Positions 1 through 8,698 of a DNA stretch of 64,000 nt are shown here, piece after piece. The stretch's first letter is position 1. Every line of letters starts with the position of its first letter. Under the pieces are notes generated by a model. It saw nothing but the letters and a program-made list of their open reading frames with translations, did not search any database and was not told where the DNA came from. A program made the translations under genes and the position numbers. The stretch comes from a virus: IMG/VR virus record IMGVR_UViG_3300047409_000171, positions 6,156-70,155 of that record; one strand, 5' to 3'.

Positions 1-168
1 ATCAAGGCAAAGTTGGAGAAGCGACGAACCGAACTTGAGGGCTTCATAGTAGCCGGTGAAGTCGCAGACTGGCCAGATTACCAACGCCGCGTTGGCGTTC
101 TTCAGGGAATCGATGAGGCGTTGCGCGTGTGCGACGATCTCGAGAAGGAGGCAGAGACGAGACGATGA
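1..168 (+). CDS. 3' part of small conserved phage protein (partial)
   Basis: Open frame from base 1 (IKAKLEKRR...GIDEALRVCDDLEKEAETRR*); stop overlaps the next ATG (ATGA). Confidence 0.7.
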   Translation: MKAKLEKRRTELEGFIVAGEVADWPDYQRRVGVLQGIDEALRVCDDLEKEAETRR

Positions 169-611
169 GAGTAAATTTACGGCAGCTCGCTGAAGCGGCT
201 GCACATAATCCTGCCGAGCCACTGCTGGCTGCCGCGGGAGATTTGAGCGACTATGAGATATTTCACAATCTCGTGCTAGTCGCGACGTATGTTGCGCCGC
301 CCCGAATGATGAAGGGGCCGAACGGCGAACCTATTCCGTTCCACACGTCGGACAACACGATGGCGGAAGACCGCTTTCAGGGCAAAGTCGGCCTTGTTCT
401 AAAGGTCGGCCCTACCGCATTCCATGACGATACCGTGGCCAAGTTTGGCGGAGTATCGGTCCAGCCCAGCGATTGGGTGGTCTACCGCCCCTCCGATGGT
501 CATGAGCTATTCATCCGCGACCGCCGAAAGCTCAACGAAGGCCTATCCTGTCGGTTGATTGAGGACGTATTCATTCGCGGGCGGGTGAAAGACCCGTCGC
601 TGGTTTATTGA
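165..611 (+). CDS. groES: GroES/Cpn10-like co-chaperonin
   Basis: GKVGLVLKVGP...VQPSDWVVY...RLIED pattern of phage GroES-like proteins; ATGA coupling at 165. Confidence 0.75.
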   Translation: MRVNLRQLAEAAAHNPAEPLLAAAGDLSDYEIFHNLVLVATYVAPPRMMKGPNGEPIPFHTSDNTMAEDRFQGKVGLVLKVGPTAFHDDTVAKFGGVSVQPSDWVVYRPSDGHELFIRDRRKLNEGLSCRLIEDVFIRGRVKDPSLVY

Positions 612-618
612 GGGCATC

Positions 619-924
619 ATGCGGATATTTCAGCATTCACAAGGCTATCTGGTAGCGTTTGGCTTTGACATGGTTAGCCGGAAGCCAATGCCGCGCCGTA
701 TTTGTTGGAGCGACCCAAGCGGCGATTGGGACATGAGAACCGACAATCATGCTGGTTGGTGTGATTTGTCGTTCACCGTCAATCCGGAATTCATCCGCGA
801 GAATGCTGGTCGGATAGTTGCCTACCAGCCCGGGAAATGCGTCGAGATGACGCTGGTTGACGGCCCATTCATCTGGAATTTCACGACGCTGCAAAGCGAC
901 ACCACTCTCGCAGCTGTCGCATAG
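619..924 (+). CDS. Small protein resembling a fragment of the nozzle/stabilisation protein (30825-32882)
   Basis: LVAFG...PRRICWSD...TDNHAG aligns with LFAWG...PMMIRWSD...TTNQAG. Confidence 0.7.
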   Translation: MRIFQHSQGYLVAFGFDMVSRKPMPRRICWSDPSGDWDMRTDNHAGWCDLSFTVNPEFIRENAGRIVAYQPGKCVEMTLVDGPFIWNFTTLQSDTTLAAVA

Positions 925-936
925 GGGGGTAACATC

Positions 937-1923
937 ATGGCTGACGAGGCAGAACTCGAAATCAAGATCATCCCGGATGAGGAAGCAAACGTCGAAGCCG
1001 CGCAGGCGGCGGACGAGAAGGTTACGAAAAAGGCCGAAATCACAACTGAGGTCAAAGACCCTGCAATGCAGGAACTCATGGCCCAGTACAAAGACCTTGA
1101 GGGCCGGGAGGCTGAGAAGGATCGCCGCCTTGCGGAAGCGGAGCGGGAGAAAGAACGCCTCCGCGTCGAGGCCGAAGGTGCGAAGAAGCAAGTTGCCAAC
1201 AGCCATCTCGACACCGTCACCACGGCGCTGAATTCGGCCAAGTCGGATGCGGAGCAGGCCAAGCGGGACATCCGGGTCGCCAAGGACGCTGGCGATATCG
1301 ATGCCGAGATCGAGGCGCAGGACCGGCTGGCACAGGCGAGGGCCGACGAGCGGCGGCTCGACGAGGCCAGAAGCGACCTTGAGGCGCGTGCCAAGGCCCC
1401 GCCGAAGCGTCAGGCGCCGCCCACCGATCCAGTGGAGGCTTACGTGCAAGGCCGCACAGCGCCGACGGCTAGCTGGCTGAGGGCCCATCCGGAGTTCATC
1501 ACGGATACGCGCAAGCAGGCCAAACTTACCGCAGCGCACTATGATGCGGAGGGGGACGGGTTGGTCGCGGACACGCCGGCGTATTTTGCCCATGTTGAGA
1601 AATTTCTGGGGATAGGTGGGGAGGCGGTTACCAAGGCCGCCCCGACTGAGGCCGCGCAAGTCGAGCCGGCCAAACAACGAAAGGGGGCACCGGTGGCACC
1701 AGGGAGCGCGGTATCGAATAACGGAGCCGGCAGCGGCGCTACGCCGGTCATGCTGACCCGAGGGGAGGCCGCCGCGGCACAGGACGGTACCCACGTATGG
1801 AACTACGATGATCCGAAAGGCAAGTTCAAGAAAAACGACCCGATCGGCATTCAGGAGTTTGCCCGCCGCAAGGTCGCGATGCAAAAGCAGGGCCTGTACG
1901 ATAAATCGTACTCGGAAGTGTGA
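937..1923 (+). CDS. Putative capsid scaffolding protein
   Basis: Acidic N-terminus, long coiled coil, basic C-terminal helix, position in head module. Confidence 0.65.
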   Translation: MADEAELEIKIIPDEEANVEAAQAADEKVTKKAEITTEVKDPAMQELMAQYKDLEGREAEKDRRLAEAEREKERLRVEAEGAKKQVANSHLDTVTTALNSAKSDAEQAKRDIRVAKDAGDIDAEIEAQDRLAQARADERRLDEARSDLEARAKAPPKRQAPPTDPVEAYVQGRTAPTASWLRAHPEFITDTRKQAKLTAAHYDAEGDGLVADTPAYFAHVEKFLGIGGEAVTKAAPTEAAQVEPAKQRKGAPVAPGSAVSNNGAGSGATPVMLTRGEAAAAQDGTHVWNYDDPKGKFKKNDPIGIQEFARRKVAMQKQGLYDKSYSEV

Positions 1924-2501
1924 TCATGGCTAAACCTCTAGTCCATCTGGACCCCTACGAAATCCCGGCGCACCTGATCCCGCCGGGGATTATCTATCAG
2001 TGGGTAGCCAAGAAGTCCGGCAGCCGGATTGATCCTCAGTATCAGGCTATGGTTGAGGCCGGATGGGGCGAAGTGCCATACCAGCGGCTTGAGGACCACT
2101 ATCGCGGGCGTTATCGCGGCGAAGGGACTGAAATTCAGATCGGCGGCGAAGTTCTTATGGAACGGGCCAAAGAGATGTCGGTGGTGGCGCGTGACAAGGA
2201 AATTGACAAGGCGCTAGTAAATGCAGGTACAGGGCGTACTGCGTCGGTCAATCTTGTGCAGCATGTGAGATTGTCGGCATCGGAGCTCAACACGGCGGCA
2301 TCCATCAAGCTAAGTAGCCCGGAATACGTCGCGCGCAGGATGAAGATGATCGCAGAAGGTGCGGATGACTCACTCATTCGCGGCTGGAAAGGCTCGTTCA
2401 TGTTTATCCGGCCGCCGACAAAGCGAGTGGTGCGGCATCGTTGGCTTGGCTGGCTGTTCAATTTGATCTCCAAGGAAACAACGGAGCATTTCGATGACTG
2501 A
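1920..2501 (+). CDS. Paralogue of 2494-3192 fused to an RHH-like C-terminal domain
   Basis: IPPG..YQW...GW..VP...GEVLMER shared with 2494-3192 and 7815-8513. Confidence 0.7.
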   Translation: MIMAKPLVHLDPYEIPAHLIPPGIIYQWVAKKSGSRIDPQYQAMVEAGWGEVPYQRLEDHYRGRYRGEGTEIQIGGEVLMERAKEMSVVARDKEIDKALVNAGTGRTASVNLVQHVRLSASELNTAASIKLSSPEYVARRMKMIAEGADDSLIRGWKGSFMFIRPPTKRVVRHRWLGWLFNLISKETTEHFDD

Positions 2502-3192
2502 AGAAATCCAGAAGGTAGACCGCCGCACGCGCGAGTACCGCCAGCAGAAGGCAGCGCAGGCGGCTCCGCCCGTCCCCCCGGCTGATGTCCGGATGGATAT
2601 TGACGGCGGCGAACCCGCCCCTGCGGCATCGCCCACCCGCACACAGACCCGCGTATCGGCCCGGACCACGCCGGATGGTCGCTTGGAGGTCACCGGCCGC
2701 AACGGCGAGGTGCTGTCGCGCACCCGGACGTATGTTGGCGACATCTTCGAGATACCGAAAGAACTGATGGAGCCAGGTTGGAGCCTTCAGTGGAACGCCG
2801 TGAGCATCGCGGGCAATTCTGACATCATCCTCGACCAGAATCACATGATGCACCAGAACGGCTGGCGGCCCGTGCCGGCCGAGCGGTTTGCCGGCAAGCT
2901 GGTGCCGAAGGGCTCGACCGGGCCGATCATCCGTGGGCAGCAGATGCTGATGGAACGTCCGCAGTCGATGACGGATGAGGCAAATCGAGAGGATCAGAAA
3001 AACGCGCGAGAGCTCATATCGGCGCGTAATGAATCCTTGAAACTTACCAAGGTAAGGGATCAGTTGCCCGACGGCATGGAAATGGCTGGCAAATACATAG
3101 GCACGGGCGGCGGGATGCGCCTCTCGATAGACAAGAGCCTTGACGTTCTTGCCGTTAATCGGGAAGCTGGAAACTACAAACTGGATGAATAA
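2494..3192 (+). CDS. Conserved head-module protein
   Basis: PGWSLQW...NGWRPVP...MLMERP; follows the scaffold gene. Confidence 0.7.
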   Translation: MTEEIQKVDRRTREYRQQKAAQAAPPVPPADVRMDIDGGEPAPAASPTRTQTRVSARTTPDGRLEVTGRNGEVLSRTRTYVGDIFEIPKELMEPGWSLQWNAVSIAGNSDIILDQNHMMHQNGWRPVPAERFAGKLVPKGSTGPIIRGQQMLMERPQSMTDEANREDQKNARELISARNESLKLTKVRDQLPDGMEMAGKYIGTGGGMRLSIDKSLDVLAVNREAGNYKLDE

Positions 3193-3252
3193 GGCGAGGC
3201 CCGTCTGCGTAAACAGGCGGACCTCTAACCACAACCGAATGAGGGTTCGGAA

Positions 3253-3939
3253 ATGGCTACCGATAAAGTTATATCCCGAAAGGATGCGATGCAAAGGGGG
3301 CTTCGCCTGTACTTCACTGGCAAGCCATGCAAGCGAGGCCATGTCGCACATAGGGACGTTCCTGGTCGCGGGTGTGTGGTTTGCTCAGCGGAGCGAGCGG
3401 CATCTGACGCCGCAAAGAAAAGAAGCAAAGAATACAACTCCCGACCAGATATTAAAGAGGCAAGAAAGCGGTACAACAAGAAGTACCATGCTGAGCGAGT
3501 TTGGACGGAAGAACATCGCGTTAAAGCATTGGCAGCGACCAATAAATGGCGAAAAAACAATTTAGAAAAGGCTCGTGAGTTAGACCGCCAGTATGCGGCG
3601 AAGCGCGCGGATCAGCGTAGGGCCTACAATCGAGAGTATGCCAAGAGGAATGCAGAAAAACTCGCCACCAAAGAAAGAAATAAGCGAGCAATAAAACTTC
3701 GCAACGGCGGGCGGCATACTAAGGAAGATATAGCAGAAATCCTTCTTATGCAGCGCGGCAAGTGTGCTTATTGTCGTGTCAAACTCGGCAAAAAATATCA
3801 CGTCGACCACATCATCCCATCTGTCAAAGGTGGCAGTAATGGTCGAGAGAACCTTCAAATTCTCTGCGCCTTGTGTAACCACAAGAAACACGCGCGAGAC
3901 CCCGTTGAGTTTGCGCAGTCATTGGGATTTCTGCTATGA
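3253..3939 (+). CDS. HNH homing endonuclease
   Basis: C-terminal CAYC...HVDHIIP...GGSN..ENLQILCALCNHKK; N-terminal YFTGKPCKRGH domain. Confidence 0.9.
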   Translation: MATDKVISRKDAMQRGLRLYFTGKPCKRGHVAHRDVPGRGCVVCSAERAASDAAKKRSKEYNSRPDIKEARKRYNKKYHAERVWTEEHRVKALAATNKWRKNNLEKARELDRQYAAKRADQRRAYNREYAKRNAEKLATKERNKRAIKLRNGGRHTKEDIAEILLMQRGKCAYCRVKLGKKYHVDHIIPSVKGGSNGRENLQILCALCNHKKHARDPVEFAQSLGFLL

Positions 3940-4865
3940 GATTAGTCGTAAGTTTAGCAACGAGAGGCAGACCGGATCGCCTCGTCGACACTATAACCAA
4001 ATCGTATGCGAACTGGACCGATCCCAACACGGTGATGCAGGTTCAATTGGATGCGGATGATCCTACGCTGGATGAAGCGAAGGCAAAATTGAATGACCTC
4101 CCTTGCGTTCTGGATAATCGAGTTCTTCTCAACGTCCAAGAGCGAGAAACAACAATTGCAGCCAAGTGGAACCGGGCTCTTGACGTACCCGGCGACGTCT
4201 ACCTTGTCGCAGCCGATGACGATCCCTATTGCAGTCCGGGATACGACACCAAGATCATAGAGGCCGCCAAGCGGTTCCCTGACGGCATCGGCATGGTTTA
4301 CGGCCACCTCGCCAACCTGTCGTTCTCCGGTGCCGTAGCCCCCACCAGCAAGTTCTGCGAGCTGATGGGCGGCAAGATATTCCCCGAGTATTTCCCATAC
4401 TGGTTTGTCGACCACTGGACCGACGACGTTGCGCGAATCATTGGCCGGCTGTCGTTTGCTGCGGTCAAGACGGACCAATCGCGCCCGGGTGTGACGCAGG
4501 AGATGCGGGAGCCTGGGTGGTGGGCTACGTGGTTTGACGCGGCTTACTTGATGCGGCGCAAGCAGGCGCATGATATCATCAACAGTCCCGATTTTGTGGA
4601 CGAGTCATGGCACAAGCAGTTACTGCTGACTCACCATCCGCTGATCGAAGTCCGTTCGCGCATGATCAACCAGAACGTCCGCCAGCAGAACGCGCAGCTA
4701 TCGCAGTGGGCGGGCAATTTGAAGCCTGACGAGCGGTACAACCGGATTAAGCAGCGGGCGATTGATATGGTGCCGTCGTTGCTGAACGACTACGGGATGC
4801 CTGCGCAAGAGCAGGATATGTTCGCCCGCGCGCTGTTGGGCAAGACGCTGGAGAGGGCGGCATGA
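3936..4865 (+). CDS. Glycosyltransferase (GT-A fold, GT2-like)
   Basis: LATRGRP, QLDADD, AAKWN, YLVAADDD (DxD), FPYWFVDHW. Confidence 0.8.
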   Translation: MRLVVSLATRGRPDRLVDTITKSYANWTDPNTVMQVQLDADDPTLDEAKAKLNDLPCVLDNRVLLNVQERETTIAAKWNRALDVPGDVYLVAADDDPYCSPGYDTKIIEAAKRFPDGIGMVYGHLANLSFSGAVAPTSKFCELMGGKIFPEYFPYWFVDHWTDDVARIIGRLSFAAVKTDQSRPGVTQEMREPGWWATWFDAAYLMRRKQAHDIINSPDFVDESWHKQLLLTHHPLIEVRSRMINQNVRQQNAQLSQWAGNLKPDERYNRIKQRAIDMVPSLLNDYGMPAQEQDMFARALLGKTLERAA

Positions 4866-5305
4866 GGAAAGAGCTTCCAACCAAGCTAGAAGACGGCCGC
4901 GTTACTTACGGCCCACTAGCCAGCCGCAAATCAGATGGCGCGTATGGTGGGTTTTTTGTTCAAGGACCATGCGGCGCAAGACTCAAAATCATTGCAAGCG
5001 GCGGCGATCCTGATGATATCGAATCTCAGGGTTGGGAGCATGTTTCAGTCTCGACCGAGAGACGGCCGCCGAACTGGCAGGAAATGTGTTTCGTTAAAGA
5101 CCTATTTTGGTCTGAGGATGAGTGCGCTATCCAATATCATCCACCCAAATCAGAATACGTGAACAATCATCCTTACTGCCTGCATTTGTGGAGCAGGAGA
5201 GACGGAACGATTCCTATGCCGCCATCGATCCTAGTTGGCGTAAAAAGCCGTGGAGTTCTTTCTGAGGCGGAAGCCAAATATTTGCGCCAGCAAATGGGAC
5301 TATGA
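4862..5305 (+). CDS. Conserved phage hypothetical protein
   Basis: GWEHVSVS...PNWQEMCFVKDLFW...YVNNHPYCLHLW motif seen in many phages. Confidence 0.75.
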   Translation: MRKELPTKLEDGRVTYGPLASRKSDGAYGGFFVQGPCGARLKIIASGGDPDDIESQGWEHVSVSTERRPPNWQEMCFVKDLFWSEDECAIQYHPPKSEYVNNHPYCLHLWSRRDGTIPMPPSILVGVKSRGVLSEAEAKYLRQQMGL

Positions 5306-6717
5306 TGGACGCGGTTACAGCAGCGGCAGTGCAGGTCCAATGGGATGGAAAGCCAAAAACCATTGTGCTGTGCCATGGGTGCTGGGACTTGTGCCACCTC
5401 GGGCACATCCGCCATTTGCAGGAAGCCAAAGCGCTTGGCGGGGCGAATGCCTACCTGATCGTATCGGTCACGGCGGACAAGTGGGTCAACAAGGGCGTAG
5501 GCCGTCCGCACTTCAGCCATGAGCAGCGGGCGGAAGCATTGCGAGCTCTGGAGTGCGTGGACGAGGTGTTTATCAATCACGACGAGGGATGCTGGGAACT
5601 AATCCGCAAGATCAAGCCCGCGTTCTACGTCAAGGGTGTGGACTACGTCGGGGTATCGACTGAGGGCTTGGAGAAAGAGCGGCAGGCCATAGTTGAGGTC
5701 GGCGGCGAACTCCGGTTCACGCATTCAAGGAAGTGGTCATCCTCGCAGTTGCTCAACACGGAGCGGTTCTCCGACGAGATTTGCGCCTACCTGGAGACGA
5801 TGAAGGCTGCGGACGCCAAGGGCCGGATATTTGAGGCCTTCGATAAGGCGGACAAGAAGCAAATCCTGTTCGTTGGCGAGCAGATCGAGGATGTGTATCG
5901 GTACGTCCAAGGGCTCGGCCGAGCGTCGAAGGAGTTGATGCTGGCGACGGTCGAGACCGGCCACGAGACGTTCTCTGGCGGAATTACAGCGTCCCAACTA
6001 CATGGCGAGTGGCGCAACACCAACGTCGTGACGGGCTCATATCCAATCACCAAGACGCGCTACGTCGATTCGGACTTCAACAAGAAGCTGTTTGATGTCT
6101 ATTCGGCGCGCGAGATCAGCATGACGGCATGGGAGAGGGCCGAGTTTAGGGACCGCTTGACGGATGCTATTGGCCTCCATGACGTTGTGATCGTGAACGA
6201 TTTCGGCCACGGTTTGATCGGGGATATTGAGCGGAACGCCTTGCAGAACACGGGGTTTTTGGCGGTGAACTGCCAGACCAACGCTGGCAATTACGGGTTC
6301 AATCTCATCACCAAGTACCCGAAAGCGCACTATGTCTGCATTGACGACCCAGAGGCGCGGCTGGCGGCCGGGATGCAGCGGGAGCCCATCTCGAGCGTGG
6401 CGTTCTCGCTATCGCAGCGGATGGCCTGCAAGCGGTTCCTGATCACCCATGGCCGGTACGGGTCGGACTGGTTCCACCAGAACTCGTCATTCCAGGTTGG
6501 CCGCGCGCCAGCGCTGGCTCAAGGCGGGGTGGATACGATGGGCGCGGGGGATGCAGTGATGGCCGTTACCGCGCCATTGGTCGCCGCGGGGCTCGACATG
6601 CAGTCCGTGGCGCTGGTTGGCAACATCGTGGGGGCGATCAAAGTGTCAATCCTTGGCCACCGTCGGCACGTTGGGCGGCAGGAGATTATTCAGACGGTGG
6701 AGGCCCTACTCGCATGA
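5302..6717 (+). CDS. Bifunctional nucleotidyltransferase / PfkB sugar kinase (HldE/RfaE-like, domains in reversed order)
   Basis: N-terminal HGCWDLCHLGH (HxGH) and YVKG.DY; C-terminal DFGHG and DTMGAGDA PfkB signature. Confidence 0.9.
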   Translation: MMDAVTAAAVQVQWDGKPKTIVLCHGCWDLCHLGHIRHLQEAKALGGANAYLIVSVTADKWVNKGVGRPHFSHEQRAEALRALECVDEVFINHDEGCWELIRKIKPAFYVKGVDYVGVSTEGLEKERQAIVEVGGELRFTHSRKWSSSQLLNTERFSDEICAYLETMKAADAKGRIFEAFDKADKKQILFVGEQIEDVYRYVQGLGRASKELMLATVETGHETFSGGITASQLHGEWRNTNVVTGSYPITKTRYVDSDFNKKLFDVYSAREISMTAWERAEFRDRLTDAIGLHDVVIVNDFGHGLIGDIERNALQNTGFLAVNCQTNAGNYGFNLITKYPKAHYVCIDDPEARLAAGMQREPISSVAFSLSQRMACKRFLITHGRYGSDWFHQNSSFQVGRAPALAQGGVDTMGAGDAVMAVTAPLVAAGLDMQSVALVGNIVGAIKVSILGHRRHVGRQEIIQTVEALLA

Positions 6718-6905
6718 CAGATTTGACGGAAGAATCTCTATCGGAACTGATGAAAGCTATTCGTGCCGAGTGGGTGATTAAGCCCATTCAATTGGTAGTC
6801 ACGCAAGAAGGTATAGCGCGGATGCGCGCACTCTGCGCTGACGACCCAGAATTTAAGAAGCGAGTAATCGCAGAATTTCCGCAGGTGGAGGCGTTGCTGG
6901 CATGA
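6714..6905 (+). CDS. 63-aa protein resembling a fragment of the major capsid protein
   Basis: DLTEESLSELMKAIRAEWV..QLVV vs capsid SLNESTLLANMTNVRTQFV..RLVV; ATGA coupling at both ends. Confidence 0.65.
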   Translation: MTDLTEESLSELMKAIRAEWVIKPIQLVVTQEGIARMRALCADDPEFKKRVIAEFPQVEALLA

Positions 6906-7252
6906 GCCTATCATCCGCCTATTCAGGCATGAGTGCGGTCGCGAGCGAGTTTCAGGTGGCCATAGATTCGATTAAGGATAGGGCTCCGGAGCGTTTCGTG
7001 GATGCCGTCATCTGGCAAGACTTCGTCCATGATAGGGTGTCCATCCGGACAGAATTCGTATTAGTAACGCGGCGCGACATGGATGATGCGCGTAATTCTC
7101 GGCATCTAAATTCGCTAGTCGCCGCCCGTGTACTCAAGGCTATCGGCATCTCCGATGACCCATCTCAACAGGCAAAGCGTCTCCGTACGGAGCGCAGGCA
7201 GTTGCTGGCGAGGGGCAAGGAAGCGGCATCACGGAAGGCGCGACTGGCATGA
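6902..7252 (+). CDS. Hypothetical protein (weak capsid-like motifs)
   Basis: ATGA-coupled ORF; WQDFVHD and VTRRDMDD. Confidence 0.6.
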   Translation: MSLSSAYSGMSAVASEFQVAIDSIKDRAPERFVDAVIWQDFVHDRVSIRTEFVLVTRRDMDDARNSRHLNSLVAARVLKAIGISDDPSQQAKRLRTERRQLLARGKEAASRKARLA

Positions 7253-7818
7253 ATGCGAGGTTCAAATTGGCGGAAATATCATGCCGCTACGAGGCTCTGA
7301 CCAATGGCTTGGCCGATATCCGCTCCGAGCCCAACGCCTACCAGACCGTAATCGACATGATCACCCACATGGGCAACGGCAAGGCGCGGCTGTTCTTCGT
7401 GGGCAACGGTGGGTCGGCGGCGGTCGCTTCGCATTGCGCAATTGACTACATGAAGGCAGGCGGGTTCGCCACGTTCGGACCTGGGGACGCTGCGCAGATG
7501 ACGTGCATCGGGAATGATCTCGGGTTCCATAACGTGTACTCGCTGCCGATTGAACGGCATGGGCAATTGGGCGACGTGCTGTTTGCTATTTCTAGTTCAG
7601 GGATGAGCGAGGACATTCTAGACGCGGTGGCGACTGCTAGGCGCAAGATGATGAACGTAGTCACCCTCAGTGGTTTCGGAGAGGGCAATTTCCTTCGCAA
7701 GAAGGGGCAGGTTAACTTCTACGTGCCGTCGAATCGGTATGGCGTCGTGGAAATAGCGCATCTGGCCATCCTGCATTCGATACTGGACGAAGTGGTTGAA
7801 TTGGAGAGGCAAAAATGA
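7249..7818 (+). CDS. gmhA: SIS-domain phosphosugar isomerase (GmhA-like)
   Basis: GNGGSAAVASH, TCIGND, GDVLFAISSSG.S, YGVVEIAH. Confidence 0.9.
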   Translation: MNARFKLAEISCRYEALTNGLADIRSEPNAYQTVIDMITHMGNGKARLFFVGNGGSAAVASHCAIDYMKAGGFATFGPGDAAQMTCIGNDLGFHNVYSLPIERHGQLGDVLFAISSSGMSEDILDAVATARRKMMNVVTLSGFGEGNFLRKKGQVNFYVPSNRYGVVEIAHLAILHSILDEVVELERQK

Positions 7819-8513
7819 AACGCACCAAGAAAGCCAAGCCGTTCGTCTTTAAGGCCAAGCCACTCACGCGGGCGCAGAAGGCAAAACGAACCAGAGACCG
7901 CAATGAGTTGACGAAGCGAATGCGGGCAATGGACCCCTTCTATGTCCATCCCGATACTGTTCCGGCCGGCAAGGCCTACCAATGGTTTTCGTTGGAAATA
8001 CTTGGTGCCTCAAACGAGGACGCTATTGACCGCGCCAAGGACGACGGATGGAAGGATGTTCCATTTTCTCGACATGACTTTGGCCGTAGATGCAACGCAA
8101 AGGGCAGGATTGTCGTTGATAATTCCGTTCTCATGGAGAACAGCGCCGAGATCGTGGCTGGTGCCCTAAAGAAGGACCAAGCCGCCGCGCGGCAGATGAT
8201 TGCCGACAACCCCATAGGGGCTTCAAAACAGGAGGGGCACCCTTTCCCGATTGTGAGCGAAAGTTTTGTCATATCTTCTTTCTATGAGACAGTACCGCGT
8301 GATGCCGCACCAGTGGTTGTCCCAGTGACAATATCGGTTCGGATGGATGCTGGATGGCAGGACGCTGCTGTTGGCCTTGGTCTATCCAATGAGGAATACG
8401 CGCGCCGCCGCCTGCTGATGACGATGCCAATTCTTGCTGGAGAACCAGCCGGCGACAATGATGCAGTATATGAACCTGTTACATTGCGCGTCGAGCTGGA
8501 GCGGAAGAAATGA
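7815..8513 (+). CDS. Second paralogue of 2494-3192 with RHH-like C-terminus
   Basis: VPAGKAYQW...GWKDVP...SVLME; VRMD...AA.GLGLSNEEYARRR. Confidence 0.7.
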   Translation: MKRTKKAKPFVFKAKPLTRAQKAKRTRDRNELTKRMRAMDPFYVHPDTVPAGKAYQWFSLEILGASNEDAIDRAKDDGWKDVPFSRHDFGRRCNAKGRIVVDNSVLMENSAEIVAGALKKDQAAARQMIADNPIGASKQEGHPFPIVSESFVISSFYETVPRDAAPVVVPVTISVRMDAGWQDAAVGLGLSNEEYARRRLLMTMPILAGEPAGDNDAVYEPVTLRVELERKK

Positions 8514-8698
8514 CGAAAGAGTTTCTCGTCAAAAAGAAGGATTCCAGAGAAGCCGCATTTGAGGCGGTTCAAGCTGAACTGGCGGTATATCTTTTGGGGA
8601 ACGACAATCCGTCGTGGAAATATCTGATCAAGCCGGAAGCATTGTACGGCAAGGGCGGCTGGCGGGCCTACGCTCGCATTGAATGGAATAAGAAATGA
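8510..8698 (+). CDS. Hypothetical protein
   Basis: ATGA-coupled 62-aa ORF. Confidence 0.55.
   Translation: MTKEFLVKKKDSREAAFEAVQAELAVYLLGNDNPSWKYLIKPEALYGKGGWRAYARIEWNKK

Noticed and set aside
637-1884. 415-aa minus-strand ORF, and similar ones at 2458-3351, 33725-34630 and 34486-35460
   Set aside because: Shadows of well-supported plus-strand genes in GC-rich, codon-biased DNA
8510-8698. Another capsid-fragment candidate (TKEFLVK vs TDNLLVK)
   Set aside because: Similarity too short and spacing inconsistent
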